Shown piece by piece: positions 1 to 9,545 of a stretch of 32,000 nt of DNA (the stretch's first letter is position 1; every line of letters starts with the position of its first letter). This stretch comes from Psychrobacter cryohalolentis K5 (GTDB lineage: Bacteria > Pseudomonadota > Gammaproteobacteria > Pseudomonadales > Moraxellaceae). The DNA lies in contig NC_007969.1 in the NCBI RefSeq assembly GCF_000013905.1, positions 2,430,001-2,462,000 of the forward strand, given 5' to 3'. The notes under the pieces are model-generated. The model saw only the letters and a list, made by a program, of their open reading frames with translations, was not told the origin of the DNA and made no database searches. Position numbers and translations under genes: made by a program.

Positions 1-895
1 CGATAACAGTGATAGAAGCAGTAGTACCCGATTGCGCCAATGCTGACGCAACTTCCATACCGATAAAGCCCGTACCGACGATGACTACGCGCTGATCATG
101 ACTGGCGGCTTTGATTAATTTGGCATCATCCATACTACGCAAGGTATAGACACCATCAAGAGTTGCCCCTTTAATAGGTGGAATCTTGGGCTCAGCACCG
201 GTTGCCACAACTAAAAATTCCGCTGTTAGCTTGTTGCTATCACCCTTTTCATCTGTTATCACGATACTACGCTCATTGAGCAACACTTCACTGACCGTTT
301 GGTTTAAGCGCAGTTCAATATCGTGTTTGCTTGCCCAATCTGTACCGCCCAGTAATAGCTTTTCTTCTGGCATATTACCGGCCAAAAAAGCCTTGGATAA
401 TAAAGGACGATTATAAGGGGCTTTGTCCTCGGCACTCACCAAGGTAATCTTGCCGCCGTAGCCAGTATTGCGCAGCTGATGGGCAGTCATAAACCCTGCT
501 CCACCGCCGCCAACGATAATAGTATGAGTATCAGTCAGCTTATCATTTTCAACCTGCTTATCTATCTTGGCTGAGGTATCAACCGTTAGGCTGTCGCCAT
601 TATCTATGATTTGATATTGAGTCAAGCCTGTTGTCGCGATTGGCTCCAGTAATGCGCCGTCGCTGCTATCAAAAGCTGCATGATGCCAAGGACAAATAAC
701 GCGATTACCACAACGCAAACCTGTACCCAAATCTGCTCCAGCATGCGGACATTTGCCATCAAAAGCACGAAACGTGCTGTCGTCACGGGTAATTAAAATG
801 ATACCATCATCATCTTGCTTGTACGATTTCATACCGCCGCTGATAATGTCGGCTTTGTTTATAGTGACTGTATTTATAGTAGCTGCCTTACTCAT
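1..895 (-). CDS. Rieske [2Fe-2S] domain fused to an FAD/NAD(P)-dependent pyridine nucleotide-disulfide oxidoreductase. This is the N-terminal ~298 aa; the 3' end runs off the window.
   Basis: Hand translation of the minus strand from the ATG at 893-895 gives MSKAATINTVTINK... Rieske motifs are CPHAGADL and CPWHHAAF. A Rossmann GxGxxG (IIVGGGGAGF) follows, then a second dinucleotide fold (VVIVGTGFIGMEVA). The frame stays open to position 1. It is not in the supplied ORF track because it has no in-window stop. Confidence 0.85.
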   Translation of the reverse strand, partial: MSKAATINTVTINKADIISGGMKSYKQDDDGIILITRDDSTFRAFDGKCPHAGADLGTGLRCGNRVICPWHHAAFDSSDGALLEPIATTGLTQYQIIDNGDSLTVDTSAKIDKQVENDKLTDTHTIIVGGGGAGFMTAHQLRNTGYGGKITLVSAEDKAPYNRPLLSKAFLAGNMPEEKLLLGGTDWASKHDIELRLNQTVSEVLLNERSIVITDEKGDSNKLTAEFLVVATGAEPKIPPIKGATLDGVYTLRSMDDAKLIKAASHDQRVVIVGTGFIGMEVASALAQSGTTASITVI

Positions 896-1066
896 AAGTC
901 ATCCTTAACGGTTATAATGGTTCCTGTTTAAAGCGTGTCGAGACTTATCGATAGTAGCAAGCCTCCTTCACTTATGCTGTTCTTTTGTATATTGACCACG
1001 TTGCAAAACGTAATGACTGCTTTTTTAATCCCTATTAATGTTCTATAAAACGTAAAAGACTATCTT

Positions 1067-2242
1067 ATGACTGTTCAAGACCATGATATTACCGCTGCTA
1101 CTGATACTGCCAATTTACCGCAGCCGATACAGCCGCTGTTAAAGCATGCTACTTACAAGGCTCATACCACGGATTTTATTGTTAACGAGTTGCTACCATT
1201 AGAGTTCACCGGTGAGGGTGAGCATCTCTGGCTACATATCCAAAAGTCAGGGATGAACACGGCGTATCTTGCCAAATTATTGTCCGAATGGGCGGATATT
1301 CCTTTACGTGATGTCGGCTTCTCAGGACTGAAAGACCGTCATGCGCTAACAACGCAGTGGTTTAGCTTGCGCATACCAAAGAAGCAATTACCAGACTCTG
1401 AGTTTGCGCCCGTAGATATCGGTGCTAATGAGTCAATCACTATCCTTGAGCAGCAATGGCACAATAAAAAGCTCAATCGTGGCACGCACCGCGCCAATCA
1501 ATTTATTATTACCTTGCGTGATATTGAATTTGTAGGCTTTGATACACCATCACCATCATCTGAACAGCTCTTGTCTGTTAAGCAAGCCGTCGAGCAGCAC
1601 TTAGTGATTATTGGTCAAAGTGGCGTGCCCAATTATTTTGGGCCGCAGCGCTTTGGTCGCAGTGGCAACAATATTAGAGAAGCATTGTCGTTGTTTGCGC
1701 GTCCTGTACCTGAGGCCCGTCCGCCGTCTAATAAAGGCAAACGTAAACGCGTGCCACGTGAGCAAAACACCATGGAGCTGTCGGCGGCACGCAGTTTGAT
1801 ATTTAATGAGATATTGGCAGCACGTGTCCGTGATGGCAGCTGGAACCACGGACTTGCAGGTGAAGTATTTAATCTAGATGGCTCAGGCTCGATATTTGCA
1901 AGCGACGAGATAGACGATACCTTACGAGCCCGTCTTGAATCAGGCGATATCCATCCGACCGCCGTGCTGTGGGGCACAGGTAATGAGAAGGTCAGCGGCA
2001 AAGCGGCAGCCATGGAAGCGGACACCGTAGCGCATAGTCCATTGTTAACACAGCTAGCCACAGGTCTAGAGCAGCGTGATATCAAGGCGCAAAGGCGAGC
2101 ACTACGATTACCTATTGAAGCATTAAGCTGGGAATGGCAGGATACAGAAGGTAGTCAGATACTAATCTTAAACTTTACTTTGACGACCGGTAGCTTTGCG
2201 ACCAGCGTATTAGCAAGTTTGGTACAAGAATTAAATACCTAG
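1067..2242 (+). CDS. truD: tRNA pseudouridine(13) synthase TruD
   Basis: Collinear with E. coli TruD from memory: GEGEHLWLHIQKSGMNT, FSGLKDRHALTTQWFS, GVPNYFGPQRFG, SAARSLIFNEILAARV. Confidence 0.93.
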   Translation: MTVQDHDITAATDTANLPQPIQPLLKHATYKAHTTDFIVNELLPLEFTGEGEHLWLHIQKSGMNTAYLAKLLSEWADIPLRDVGFSGLKDRHALTTQWFSLRIPKKQLPDSEFAPVDIGANESITILEQQWHNKKLNRGTHRANQFIITLRDIEFVGFDTPSPSSEQLLSVKQAVEQHLVIIGQSGVPNYFGPQRFGRSGNNIREALSLFARPVPEARPPSNKGKRKRVPREQNTMELSAARSLIFNEILAARVRDGSWNHGLAGEVFNLDGSGSIFASDEIDDTLRARLESGDIHPTAVLWGTGNEKVSGKAAAMEADTVAHSPLLTQLATGLEQRDIKAQRRALRLPIEALSWEWQDTEGSQILILNFTLTTGSFATSVLASLVQELNT

Positions 2243-2293
2243 ACATTATCTATGTCATAACCGGTTAAGGACCTAAAAGGTTAAAGTACTGAT

Positions 2294-3814
2294 TTATTTG
2301 CTAGCGGTATAAAATGAGATAACCGTGCTATTTTCTGCTGCTAGTATCTCGTTGGCACTAACGACTTGATTACGTCCGCGATCCTTGGCTTCGTATAGTG
2401 CTTTATCAGCGATACAAATCAAGCGCTGGCAAATGTCGATGGGCAATTGCGCCTTCGCGATTTCTGTGGCGACTCGTTTTCTTCTGTGGGCAATTCTTCG
2501 TTGCGAGCTGTTTTGTATTGGGCTACTTTTTTGCAACCCTTTAACAGATGAACTATCTTTTTTTGAATTATTTGGCGATTGTATATTCTCTTCTAATTCA
2601 GTAGCCCTATATTCACTTTGAATATGAATACGCTCAGCATGCGTCAAGGTATAAACCCCTAAACTTGCCGTGACATTAAAATCTGTATGGTTGTCGCCAC
2701 TGATGACTTGCTCAGCAATATCTCGTCGCAGCTGTTTAGCAATCGTCATGACGCTATCATGCGAGGTATCTGGGAGCACGATTAAAAACTCTTCTCCACC
2801 ATATCGACTCACAATCGCCTCTTCTGTCAATGAATTCAATAAGGTTTGTGCAACCTCTGACAATACTTGATCGCCAACATCATGACCATAATTGTCATTA
2901 ATGTTTTTGAACCAATCTAAGTCTAATAATATAATACTAACGTCCTGCTGATCTCCCATTGCCAAAAGCGCCTGCTGCATTTGCGTTAAGCCATAACGGC
3001 GACTTTTCAGCTGGGTCAATTCGTCATGATTGGCGTACTGCATAATCTCCGCTTTACTGTTATCCAATATCAACAGCAGCGTGCGAAACATATAGATGAT
3101 AAAAATCGCTTTTGGCAGCGACATATAAATATGCGTGCTGCGCCAAAAAAACGCGGAAGAAAAACGCAGTTGATTAAACGTATCCCAGCTAAGCGTCCCA
3201 TTTTGAAATATGGACGCAGAGATGGCATTTTCGATAGCCGTGGTCTCGCTATAGGTCAAATAGTTATAGCTATCCAAGGGAAAAGAAGTCGCTGTCATTT
3301 GTTGCATGTTGGGAATCGTAAAGCCGAAATAGGGAATTAATGTAGCCGAAAAAATCAGCATACTATGAGCCAAAAAAGCCTTCCATACATAACGTCGCCG
3401 TATAAGCATCATACCCAGCATCGCCCCGCCCACCAGCGACACCCCAGCAACCAAGCTGCTATGCCCCATTACCAAAATAACCACTGCAATATAAGTACTA
3501 TAAAGCGTGATTAATACCGCCTGCCACGTATGTAGCGAGCCGTGACCGGTTTTAATAGGCGATGAGCGACTGATCATCCATAAAAAGAAGAGTCCAAGCA
3601 GCGTAATGCCAATCCATAAAGGATACAACAGCGCCATGTCAACATAGGAGCTATAGGTCTCTCTACGAAACCAAACATACAAGCACCAGATCCAATGTAA
3701 GGTAATTTCCATCAACACAAACAATGCTAGCAGCAATGCTCTATCAGCAGCCTGCCACTCGAAAATAACTCGAGAGAGTTTTCTATAGCCTAGATGAGAT
3801 ATCGAAAAAGCCAT
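2294..3814 (-). CDS. Membrane-bound diguanylate cyclase: polytopic N-terminal domain plus a GGDEF domain
   Basis: RYGGEEFLIVLPD active-site motif, LDLDWFKNINDNYGHDVGD segment, and ADKALYEAKDRGRNQV terminal helix. The first ~250 aa contain multiple hydrophobic helices. No RxxD I-site is visible 5 residues upstream of GGEEF. Confidence 0.9.
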   Translation of the reverse strand: MAFSISHLGYRKLSRVIFEWQAADRALLLALFVLMEITLHWIWCLYVWFRRETYSSYVDMALLYPLWIGITLLGLFFLWMISRSSPIKTGHGSLHTWQAVLITLYSTYIAVVILVMGHSSLVAGVSLVGGAMLGMMLIRRRYVWKAFLAHSMLIFSATLIPYFGFTIPNMQQMTATSFPLDSYNYLTYSETTAIENAISASIFQNGTLSWDTFNQLRFSSAFFWRSTHIYMSLPKAIFIIYMFRTLLLILDNSKAEIMQYANHDELTQLKSRRYGLTQMQQALLAMGDQQDVSIILLDLDWFKNINDNYGHDVGDQVLSEVAQTLLNSLTEEAIVSRYGGEEFLIVLPDTSHDSVMTIAKQLRRDIAEQVISGDNHTDFNVTASLGVYTLTHAERIHIQSEYRATELEENIQSPNNSKKDSSSVKGLQKSSPIQNSSQRRIAHRRKRVATEIAKAQLPIDICQRLICIADKALYEAKDRGRNQVVSANEILAAENSTVISFYTASK

Positions 3815-3980
3815 AATGGGCTACCGAAAACAATGAAAGTGATTGAGTTAAAACCAGAGCAATCCATCCGGTGTCATGATTGATACTAAATCTGAACTTA
3901 TCATTGAGTGTGGCAATTTTTGATCTATTTATCAATCCGTTTAATTGATTCATCGGTCAATAAGTGCAGCTGTTTTCTAT

Positions 3981-4862
3981 TTAAGATAAAGCCGCAAAAG
4001 ATTGCCAGATACCTTGCTGTTCGGGATGCATGTTGGGGACATCGCCCAAGCGTCGCCATGGCATATTACTCCCATGAAAGTCGCTGCCTATCGATGCAGC
4101 AAGCTTGTGCTCAGCAATACTACGGTCAACCATTTTACGCGTACTGACAGGCTCGCTATTGGCAGGTAGCTCACAAGCATCACCACCAAGCTGCGCAAAT
4201 TCTTCGATAAGCTTACGGACGCGCGTCGCTGACAGCTGATACCGCGTTGGATGTGCCAACACCGCTTTGCCACCACATTCCTGTATCAGCTCAATGCCAC
4301 GCTGCATTGTCAGCGCCTCGATCGCCACATAAGCGGGTTTATTGTCTGCCAAATACTTATCAAAGGCTTTTTGTACCGTCTTTACTTCACCGCGTTCAAA
4401 TAACACTTGCCCGATATGTGCGCGCCCAACTGCTTGCGGATTGCCACTAGCTTTAGCAAGAACAGCTTGCCACAGCTCATCATAATCGATACCAAGCAGC
4501 TTACTGAGTTTTTCTGTAATACGTTGACCGCGAGTCGCGCGGCTGTCTTGCAACTGTTGTAGGGTGGCGTGCATTTTTTCGCGGTCGGTAAAATCAAGAC
4601 CAAGTACATGAATAATTTTATTGGTAGATTTATTTTTACCGTAGCCGCCGCTCAAAGTATGCTCACAGCTGATTTCTACGCCATTAATCAGTTGTATATT
4701 GCAAGCTTCTGCCGCGGCGCGTGCCTCATCGATACCTAGCAAGGTATCATGATCGGTTAAGGCCAATACATTAATGCCAGCCGTATGGGCGCGCTGTACC
4801 ACTTCTGCCGGCGCATAAGTGCCATCAGAGCAGGTACTATGACAATGTAAATCGATTTTCAT
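3981..4862 (-). CDS. trpH: PHP-domain phosphoesterase TrpH/YciV (RNase AM family)
   Basis: MKIDLHCHSTCSDGT PHP metal-binding N-terminus, LALTDHD, and GSDFHG near the C-terminus. The start is moved to the ATG at 4860-4862 (293 aa). The track's extra 22 aa have no family support. Confidence 0.88.
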   Translation of the reverse strand: MKIDLHCHSTCSDGTYAPAEVVQRAHTAGINVLALTDHDTLLGIDEARAAAEACNIQLINGVEISCEHTLSGGYGKNKSTNKIIHVLGLDFTDREKMHATLQQLQDSRATRGQRITEKLSKLLGIDYDELWQAVLAKASGNPQAVGRAHIGQVLFERGEVKTVQKAFDKYLADNKPAYVAIEALTMQRGIELIQECGGKAVLAHPTRYQLSATRVRKLIEEFAQLGGDACELPANSEPVSTRKMVDRSIAEHKLAASIGSDFHGSNMPWRRLGDVPNMHPEQQGIWQSFAALS

Positions 4863-5016
4863 AAAGCAAGCCTTAGAGTTTTGAATATTCTTGAGTAAAA
4901 TAAGGTTAAAAGTGCCAAAGCAGCTCATATCAGAGGATTATAGTGTTGATTGCTTTTTTTTGACGCAGTAGACGTGTAAACTAGCGCATACGTTTTAGTT
5001 GGACATTTTATTTGCT

Positions 5017-5568
5017 ATGAAAGCCTTATTAGACTTCATTCCTTTGATCGCGTTTTTTATTGCTGCTCGTTACAATGGTATTTTGGCAGCAGCTGGCGCA
5101 TTGCTCGTTGCCACTATCATCGTCTATGCGATTCACTTTGTGCGTCAAAAGGGCAAGTTCGACAAACAGCAATGGGTTGTCTTATTGTTAACTATCGTTT
5201 TTTGCGGTGGTACCCTGCTGTTGCGTGACGATATTTACTTGCGCTGGAAATCACCGATTATTAACGGTATTTTTGCGCTAACGCTGTTGGTCAGTGCCGC
5301 AATCAATAAACCTTTGATGCAATTGGCAATGAAAGATGTTTTTTCGCTCACGATGAGTGGTTGGAAAAAACTGACCATTGCTTGGGCATTGTTTTTTGCG
5401 ATGATGGCTGTCCTACATTATATCACGGCATTTACCATGTCTGATGAAGCTTGGATTAACTTTAAAACTTATGGCTGGATTCCGCTGATGCTGGTATTCG
5501 TAGTTGCTCAGTTTTTGTTATTGAAAAAGCATCTGAACCCTGCATTAACGGATAAGTCAGCTAAATAA
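5017..5568 (+). CDS. yciB: Intracellular septation protein A (YciB/IspZ), inner membrane
   Basis: MKALLDFIPLIAFF... is collinear with E. coli YciB (MKQFLDFLPLVVFF, WVNFKVFG-like WINFKTYG). The track start at 4999 is a TTG; the ATG at 5017 fits the family N-terminus. Confidence 0.9.
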   Translation: MKALLDFIPLIAFFIAARYNGILAAAGALLVATIIVYAIHFVRQKGKFDKQQWVVLLLTIVFCGGTLLLRDDIYLRWKSPIINGIFALTLLVSAAINKPLMQLAMKDVFSLTMSGWKKLTIAWALFFAMMAVLHYITAFTMSDEAWINFKTYGWIPLMLVFVVAQFLLLKKHLNPALTDKSAK

Positions 5569-5723
5569 AAGTTAAATAGCAGCTGATAACTTAGTAGTAG
5601 ATATTTTGTTATCTCTGAATGCCAATGATAACTATAATGCCTTGTAAAGTCTGATAAGGCAAAATGACGCATGATAGTTATTGATTCTAACGCTCTATTT
5701 TTATTATTAATTGGGGAAGCAAC

Positions 5724-6053
5724 ATGTCTTTATTCGCCATTATCGGTCATGACGTAGCAGGCAGTAGCGCGCAACGTCAGCTGACACGCCCAGAGCACGT
5801 TGAGCGCTTACAAGTATTGAATCGTGAGCAGCGCTTGATTATCGCAGGACCAACACCGATTGAACATGGTAAAAGCGAGATGTCAGGCAGCCTGATTATC
5901 GCGGACTTTGACTCGCTTGAGGCAGCTCAAAACTGGGCAAGCGCTGAGCCGTATTTGCGTGACGGTGTCTACAGTCATGTCGATATCAAGCCATTTATTC
6001 AAGCGTTACCAGCAGTGAATGTCAGCACAACAAATGAGGTAGCATCATCGTGA
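5724..6053 (+). CDS. yciI: YciI family protein
   Basis: RPEHVERLQVL...AGP...IIADFDSLEAAQNWASAEPYLRDGVYSHVDIKPF closely parallels E. coli YciI. Confidence 0.9.
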   Translation: MSLFAIIGHDVAGSSAQRQLTRPEHVERLQVLNREQRLIIAGPTPIEHGKSEMSGSLIIADFDSLEAAQNWASAEPYLRDGVYSHVDIKPFIQALPAVNVSTTNEVASS

Positions 6054-6544
6054 TTCAGCGGTTACTCTCATTAAAAAGTCGTAAAAATGGTCTTGCAAGT
6101 ACTGCTTTTGCGGGCATAGTATCGATTACTGCCCTGTCAATGTCAGTACATGCAGCGCCAACACTGACTACTCAAACCGAGCCCGCAGCAGGGATTGTGC
6201 CAGCACTAATTGCAGCTAACAACGCTCCTCAATCGAGCGACCCTCAAACAACTGCTCCGGTCATAGAAATGGCTACCGCAGCAAAGCCTGCTACCGATAT
6301 TAACGATACCTTGGCGGCACAGCTGCAACCATCAAACAAAGCTTTATCAGCTGCCAACCAAGAATTACTAAGCCGTAATGCCCAGCTACAACGCCAAGTC
6401 AATGATTTGCAGACGCAAGCAAACGTCTTGGTTTATGAAAGTCAAGGTCAATTATTTTTATATGGTGCATTTACTGTTTTGCTTAGCCTATTGGTCGGTA
6501 TTTTCATCTCATGGCTGGTATTTGTTCGCCGTGAACGCTGGTAG
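6050..6544 (+). CDS. Hypothetical exported protein: signal peptide, Ala/Pro/Gln-rich linker, coiled coil, C-terminal TM anchor
   Basis: The GTG start overlaps the yciI stop (GTGA), and GAGG lies ~10 nt upstream. The signal-like N-terminus ends in SVHA/AP. NQELLSRNAQLQRQVNDLQTQANVL is heptad-like. The C-terminus LFLYGAFTVLLSLLVGIFISWLVFV is followed by RRERW. Confidence 0.6.
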   Translation: MIQRLLSLKSRKNGLASTAFAGIVSITALSMSVHAAPTLTTQTEPAAGIVPALIAANNAPQSSDPQTTAPVIEMATAAKPATDINDTLAAQLQPSNKALSAANQELLSRNAQLQRQVNDLQTQANVLVYESQGQLFLYGAFTVLLSLLVGIFISWLVFVRRERW

Positions 6545-6643
6545 TTGCATTTTTATCGATTGAAATCATCTATTGGATTGATGTCTACTGATTTGATGCT
6601 CCACTTCCTACTTGCTTGACCATTGTGGGGTTGATAAATAATT

Positions 6644-8737
6644 ATGCCCAAACCAGCTTCTATGGCTATGAATACAACCAAAAGCACGACACCGGCACAT
6701 GTTATCTCTCCAGCCAACATTGAGTGGCAAACTGATGACGCTGGTAATGAAGTGCCAGTATCAGGTGAGTTTGGCGATGCCTATTTTTCGCAAGCAGATG
6801 GTTTAGCAGAATCTCACCATGTATTTTTGGCACATAATCAGCTGCCCACGCGATTGGCAAACCTTATTCCTAAGCAATGCTTTACGATCTACGAACTAGG
6901 TTTTGGTACAGGACTTAATTTACTCGCGACTTGGCAGTTGTGGCGACAGCTTCGATTAACACATCCGCACTTAGCAAGCGCCCGTTTGCACTTTATTACT
7001 ACCGAAAAACACCCCGTCCCCTTTAGTGACTTAGCAAAGATACTTGCCCCACTGGGACAACGTACACCTGAACTGGCACTGTTGATTGAGCAACTTTTAA
7101 CCAGTTATCCTCCTCTTATCGCTGGTTGTCATCGGCTAGATTTTATTGATGATAATTTAACCCTTGATATTTGGCTAGGTGATGCTAATGATAGCTTAGC
7201 AAGTTTAGATAGTACAGTAGCTACTCAGCGTCCGTACATCAATGCCTGGTTTCTAGATGGGTTTGCGCCTTCTTGCAATGAGATCTTATGGACAGAGCGT
7301 ATCTTTAGCCACATGCAACGCCTATCACGTGCTGGCACGACTGCTGCTACCTATAGCTGTGCAGGTATCATCAAACGTGGATTACAGTCGCAGGGTTTTG
7401 TCATTAAAAAGAGCAAAGTGCTTGGGTCTAAGCGTGAGATGCTCACGGCCGTTATGAGCGAGATGTCATCTTTAGATAAGCCTATTTCAACCTTATCTAA
7501 TAAGGTGACTTTGTCCAACTATCCTAATAATGCAGTCGTTATCGGTGCTGGTGTGGCAGGACTACTGACTGCATGGTCACTTGCCAATCGTGGTATAAGC
7601 GTGACAGTGCTCGATAAAGACGCACCGCTGGCTGGTGCATCCGGTAATCCGCGTGCCCTACTCGCCCCGAATATGACGCCTATTCATCATGTTTATGAGC
7701 ATCTGCATTCTATTGGTTATTTATACAGTGGTCGATTATATCGATACTTTAATCAGCAAGCTGCTATCCAAAAATCGCCGCTGATACTTGAGCAGACCGG
7801 CACATTAGACTTATTGGTAAAAACTAATATTGGTACGGAGCAGATTTTAGATTATCCAGATACTATGGCAACCACTATTAGCCCCGAAAAAGCACAGGAT
7901 ATCAGTGGTTTAAAAGATAAAGACTTAGCTCATAATTTGTATATGCCGCAGGCTGGTTTGGTCAATCCACAAGCCTTACAAACTGTTATTCTTGCGCACC
8001 CCAATATCACCTATCAGCAGCTCAATATTATTAATATTAAGGAAACCGAGAACAGTATCATTTTGACAGGTTCTAAAGAGGATGAAAATGCGAGCCAAGC
8101 CTCTTTGACTATCACAGCTGACCATGTTGTGATTTGCGCGGCTTATGAAAGCCATCAATTGGATAAACGTATCGTTAAGTGCCGGACGATTCGCGGGCAA
8201 CTGTCTTGGTTTACACCAACTGCGCAGCAACTGACTCAATTGCCTAAATTGCCGCTCAAATACAGTGGCTACTGTGCGCCATTTATTGGACAGAGCGGTG
8301 ATGCGGAACTGAACCATATTAGCGAAAATCAGCCACAGTTTTTACTTGGTGCAAGCTTTATCGATGGCGATACCAATATCGATGTCCGAGATGAAGAAAA
8401 TCAGCAAAATTATGACAAGTTGATTGAAGATATGCCTGAATTAAGCAGCGTCTTGCCAAATGATATCAGTACATGGCATGCGCGTGCTGGCATTCGTACT
8501 CAAACGATGGATTATCATCCTTTGGTCGGATTACTTGCACAGAGTCAGCGTTTATGGAGCATGTCAGCAATGGGTGCAAAAGGTTATGCGATTGCACCTA
8601 TATGTGCCGAAGCCTTAGCAGATATGATGTTAGGCTGTTTTACACCTTTATCTGCCGCTATGTTGGCGCGCCTATCGCCCAATCGGGCGCGGCTACATAA
8701 AGTACATAAGCATAAAACACGTCAAGCAGTAATTTAG
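6644..8737 (+). CDS. mnmC: Bifunctional tRNA (mnm5s2U34) methyltransferase / FAD-dependent cmnm5s2U34 oxidoreductase MnmC
   Basis: The N-terminal DUF752/SAM methyltransferase region has [16 protein letters not shown] and AWFLDGFAP. The C-terminal DAO domain has [14 protein letters not shown]. Confidence 0.92.
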   Translation: MPKPASMAMNTTKSTTPAHVISPANIEWQTDDAGNEVPVSGEFGDAYFSQADGLAESHHVFLAHNQLPTRLANLIPKQCFTIYELGFGTGLNLLATWQLWRQLRLTHPHLASARLHFITTEKHPVPFSDLAKILAPLGQRTPELALLIEQLLTSYPPLIAGCHRLDFIDDNLTLDIWLGDANDSLASLDSTVATQRPYINAWFLDGFAPSCNEILWTERIFSHMQRLSRAGTTAATYSCAGIIKRGLQSQGFVIKKSKVLGSKREMLTAVMSEMSSLDKPISTLSNKVTLSNYPNNAVVIGAGVAGLLTAWSLANRGISVTVLDKDAPLAGASGNPRALLAPNMTPIHHVYEHLHSIGYLYSGRLYRYFNQQAAIQKSPLILEQTGTLDLLVKTNIGTEQILDYPDTMATTISPEKAQDISGLKDKDLAHNLYMPQAGLVNPQALQTVILAHPNITYQQLNIINIKETENSIILTGSKEDENASQASLTITADHVVICAAYESHQLDKRIVKCRTIRGQLSWFTPTAQQLTQLPKLPLKYSGYCAPFIGQSGDAELNHISENQPQFLLGASFIDGDTNIDVRDEENQQNYDKLIEDMPELSSVLPNDISTWHARAGIRTQTMDYHPLVGLLAQSQRLWSMSAMGAKGYAIAPICAEALADMMLGCFTPLSAAMLARLSPNRARLHKVHKHKTRQAVI

Positions 8738-8778
8738 GTTCAGTACCTTAGCTATATGCCTAATTATGACCCTCACTA

Positions 8779-9429
8779 ATGGATAGCTGTCTTATTATGA
8801 AAACTCTTCCCTCTACCTTTACCTTTACCTTTATAAAATCAAAACCATATTTTCAGGCTGTATCTGCCATTTTTTTAAGCTTATCACTGTTGATTGCCTG
8901 CAAAAAAACACCAGAGCATGAGACAGCTAATGAAACAACCACAGAACTAACAACTCAAACGACACCTGTGACTTCCAACATTAATGCACCCAATGTTGCT
9001 GATGATATTAAAACCAACGCGTCTGCTGCGAATCCAGAACAAGATGTGAACTTAACGGAGCTAGAGGATAATATTGGCACAACGGATACCTCTGTCATTG
9101 CCCCTGCTCCAGCGCCCAATCCAGAGCAAGCCATTAAAGGCGCGCAAATCACTGACGTTAAATATCGAAATGCCTCAGGCGAATCATTATCAGTCGTTTT
9201 TGAGACTTCAGCAGCGGGCATGCTTAATGCCATCATCACCTTACCGAACAAACCTAAAATGACCTTGAGCGCGCCTGAGGGTCAAGGTAATAATCCTACC
9301 TATCGCTCAAGCGATGGCAATGTTCAGCTAGTTAGTCATGCTGGCGGTGGTACGGTAGATTTTATTCAAAATAATAAAATGACAAGCTTTGATGCCATTA
9401 GTGCCGATGCAGAAGTGATTACTGAGTAA
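8779..9429 (+). CDS. Hypothetical lipoprotein
   Basis: A signal peptide is followed by the lipobox LLIAC, then a Thr/Pro/Asn-rich linker and a ~90 aa beta-rich C-terminal domain. The start is uncertain, with an alternative ATG at 8797 (MKTLPS...). Confidence 0.6.
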   Translation: MDSCLIMKTLPSTFTFTFIKSKPYFQAVSAIFLSLSLLIACKKTPEHETANETTTELTTQTTPVTSNINAPNVADDIKTNASAANPEQDVNLTELEDNIGTTDTSVIAPAPAPNPEQAIKGAQITDVKYRNASGESLSVVFETSAAGMLNAIITLPNKPKMTLSAPEGQGNNPTYRSSDGNVQLVSHAGGGTVDFIQNNKMTSFDAISADAEVITE

Positions 9430-9470
9430 GCTTTATAAGTATAAAAATATGTCGTAAAGTTAGTGGAAAT

Positions 9471-9522
9471 GGCAATAAAAAAGGCTGCAAACGTTGATAT
9501 CGTTGCTGCCTTTTTTATTGCC
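9471..9522. terminator. Bidirectional rho-independent terminator between convergent genes
   Basis: ggcaataaaaaaggctgcaaacg / cgttgctgccttttttattgcc is a ~22 bp inverted repeat with one mismatch and one bulge. It has A/T runs on both sides. Confidence 0.75.
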
Positions 9523-9545
9523 TAACTGACCTATTTTTCTATTAT

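Noticed and set aside
1601-2085. Several long ORFs lie antisense to, or out of frame with, confident genes. Examples are 1633-2085(-), 1601-1849(-), 7976-8317(-), 11943-12305(+), 12610-12999(+), 15685-15975(+), 27251-27934(+), 29881-30189(+) and 31234-31809(+).
   Set aside because: Each lies entirely within a gene that has strong family motifs on another frame or the opposite strand. Their translations are low-complexity or Ser/Arg/Cys-rich, as is typical of shadow ORFs, and none has a recognisable motif or ribosome-binding site.
5580-5690. Repeated GATAAC/GTTATC-like words in the yciB-yciI spacer (ctgataactt, ttgttatctc, aatgataactataatg, atgatagttattgat) resemble Fur-box hexamers.
   Set aside because: The best segment matches only about 12 of 16 positions of the GATAATGATAATCATTATC-type consensus by eye. 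AT-rich spacers generate such words readily, and there is no biological rationale for iron control of yciI.
8815-8832. An (ACCTTT)x3 hexanucleotide repeat encodes TFTFTF in the signal-peptide region of the 8779-9429 lipoprotein. This is a possible slipped-strand phase or length variation site.
   Set aside because: There are only three units, and the repeat is in-frame, so slippage would change length rather than expression. That is too short to argue for phase variation.
9100-9429. The C-terminal domain of the 8779-9429 lipoprotein loosely resembles the MliC/PliC lysozyme-inhibitor fold pattern (Y-x4-G-x2-L-x-V-x-F ... L ... Y).
   Set aside because: It lacks the conserved SxSGAxY-type motif and the cysteines that I recall for MliC. 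The resemblance is only in the alternation of hydrophobic residues, so it is not called.
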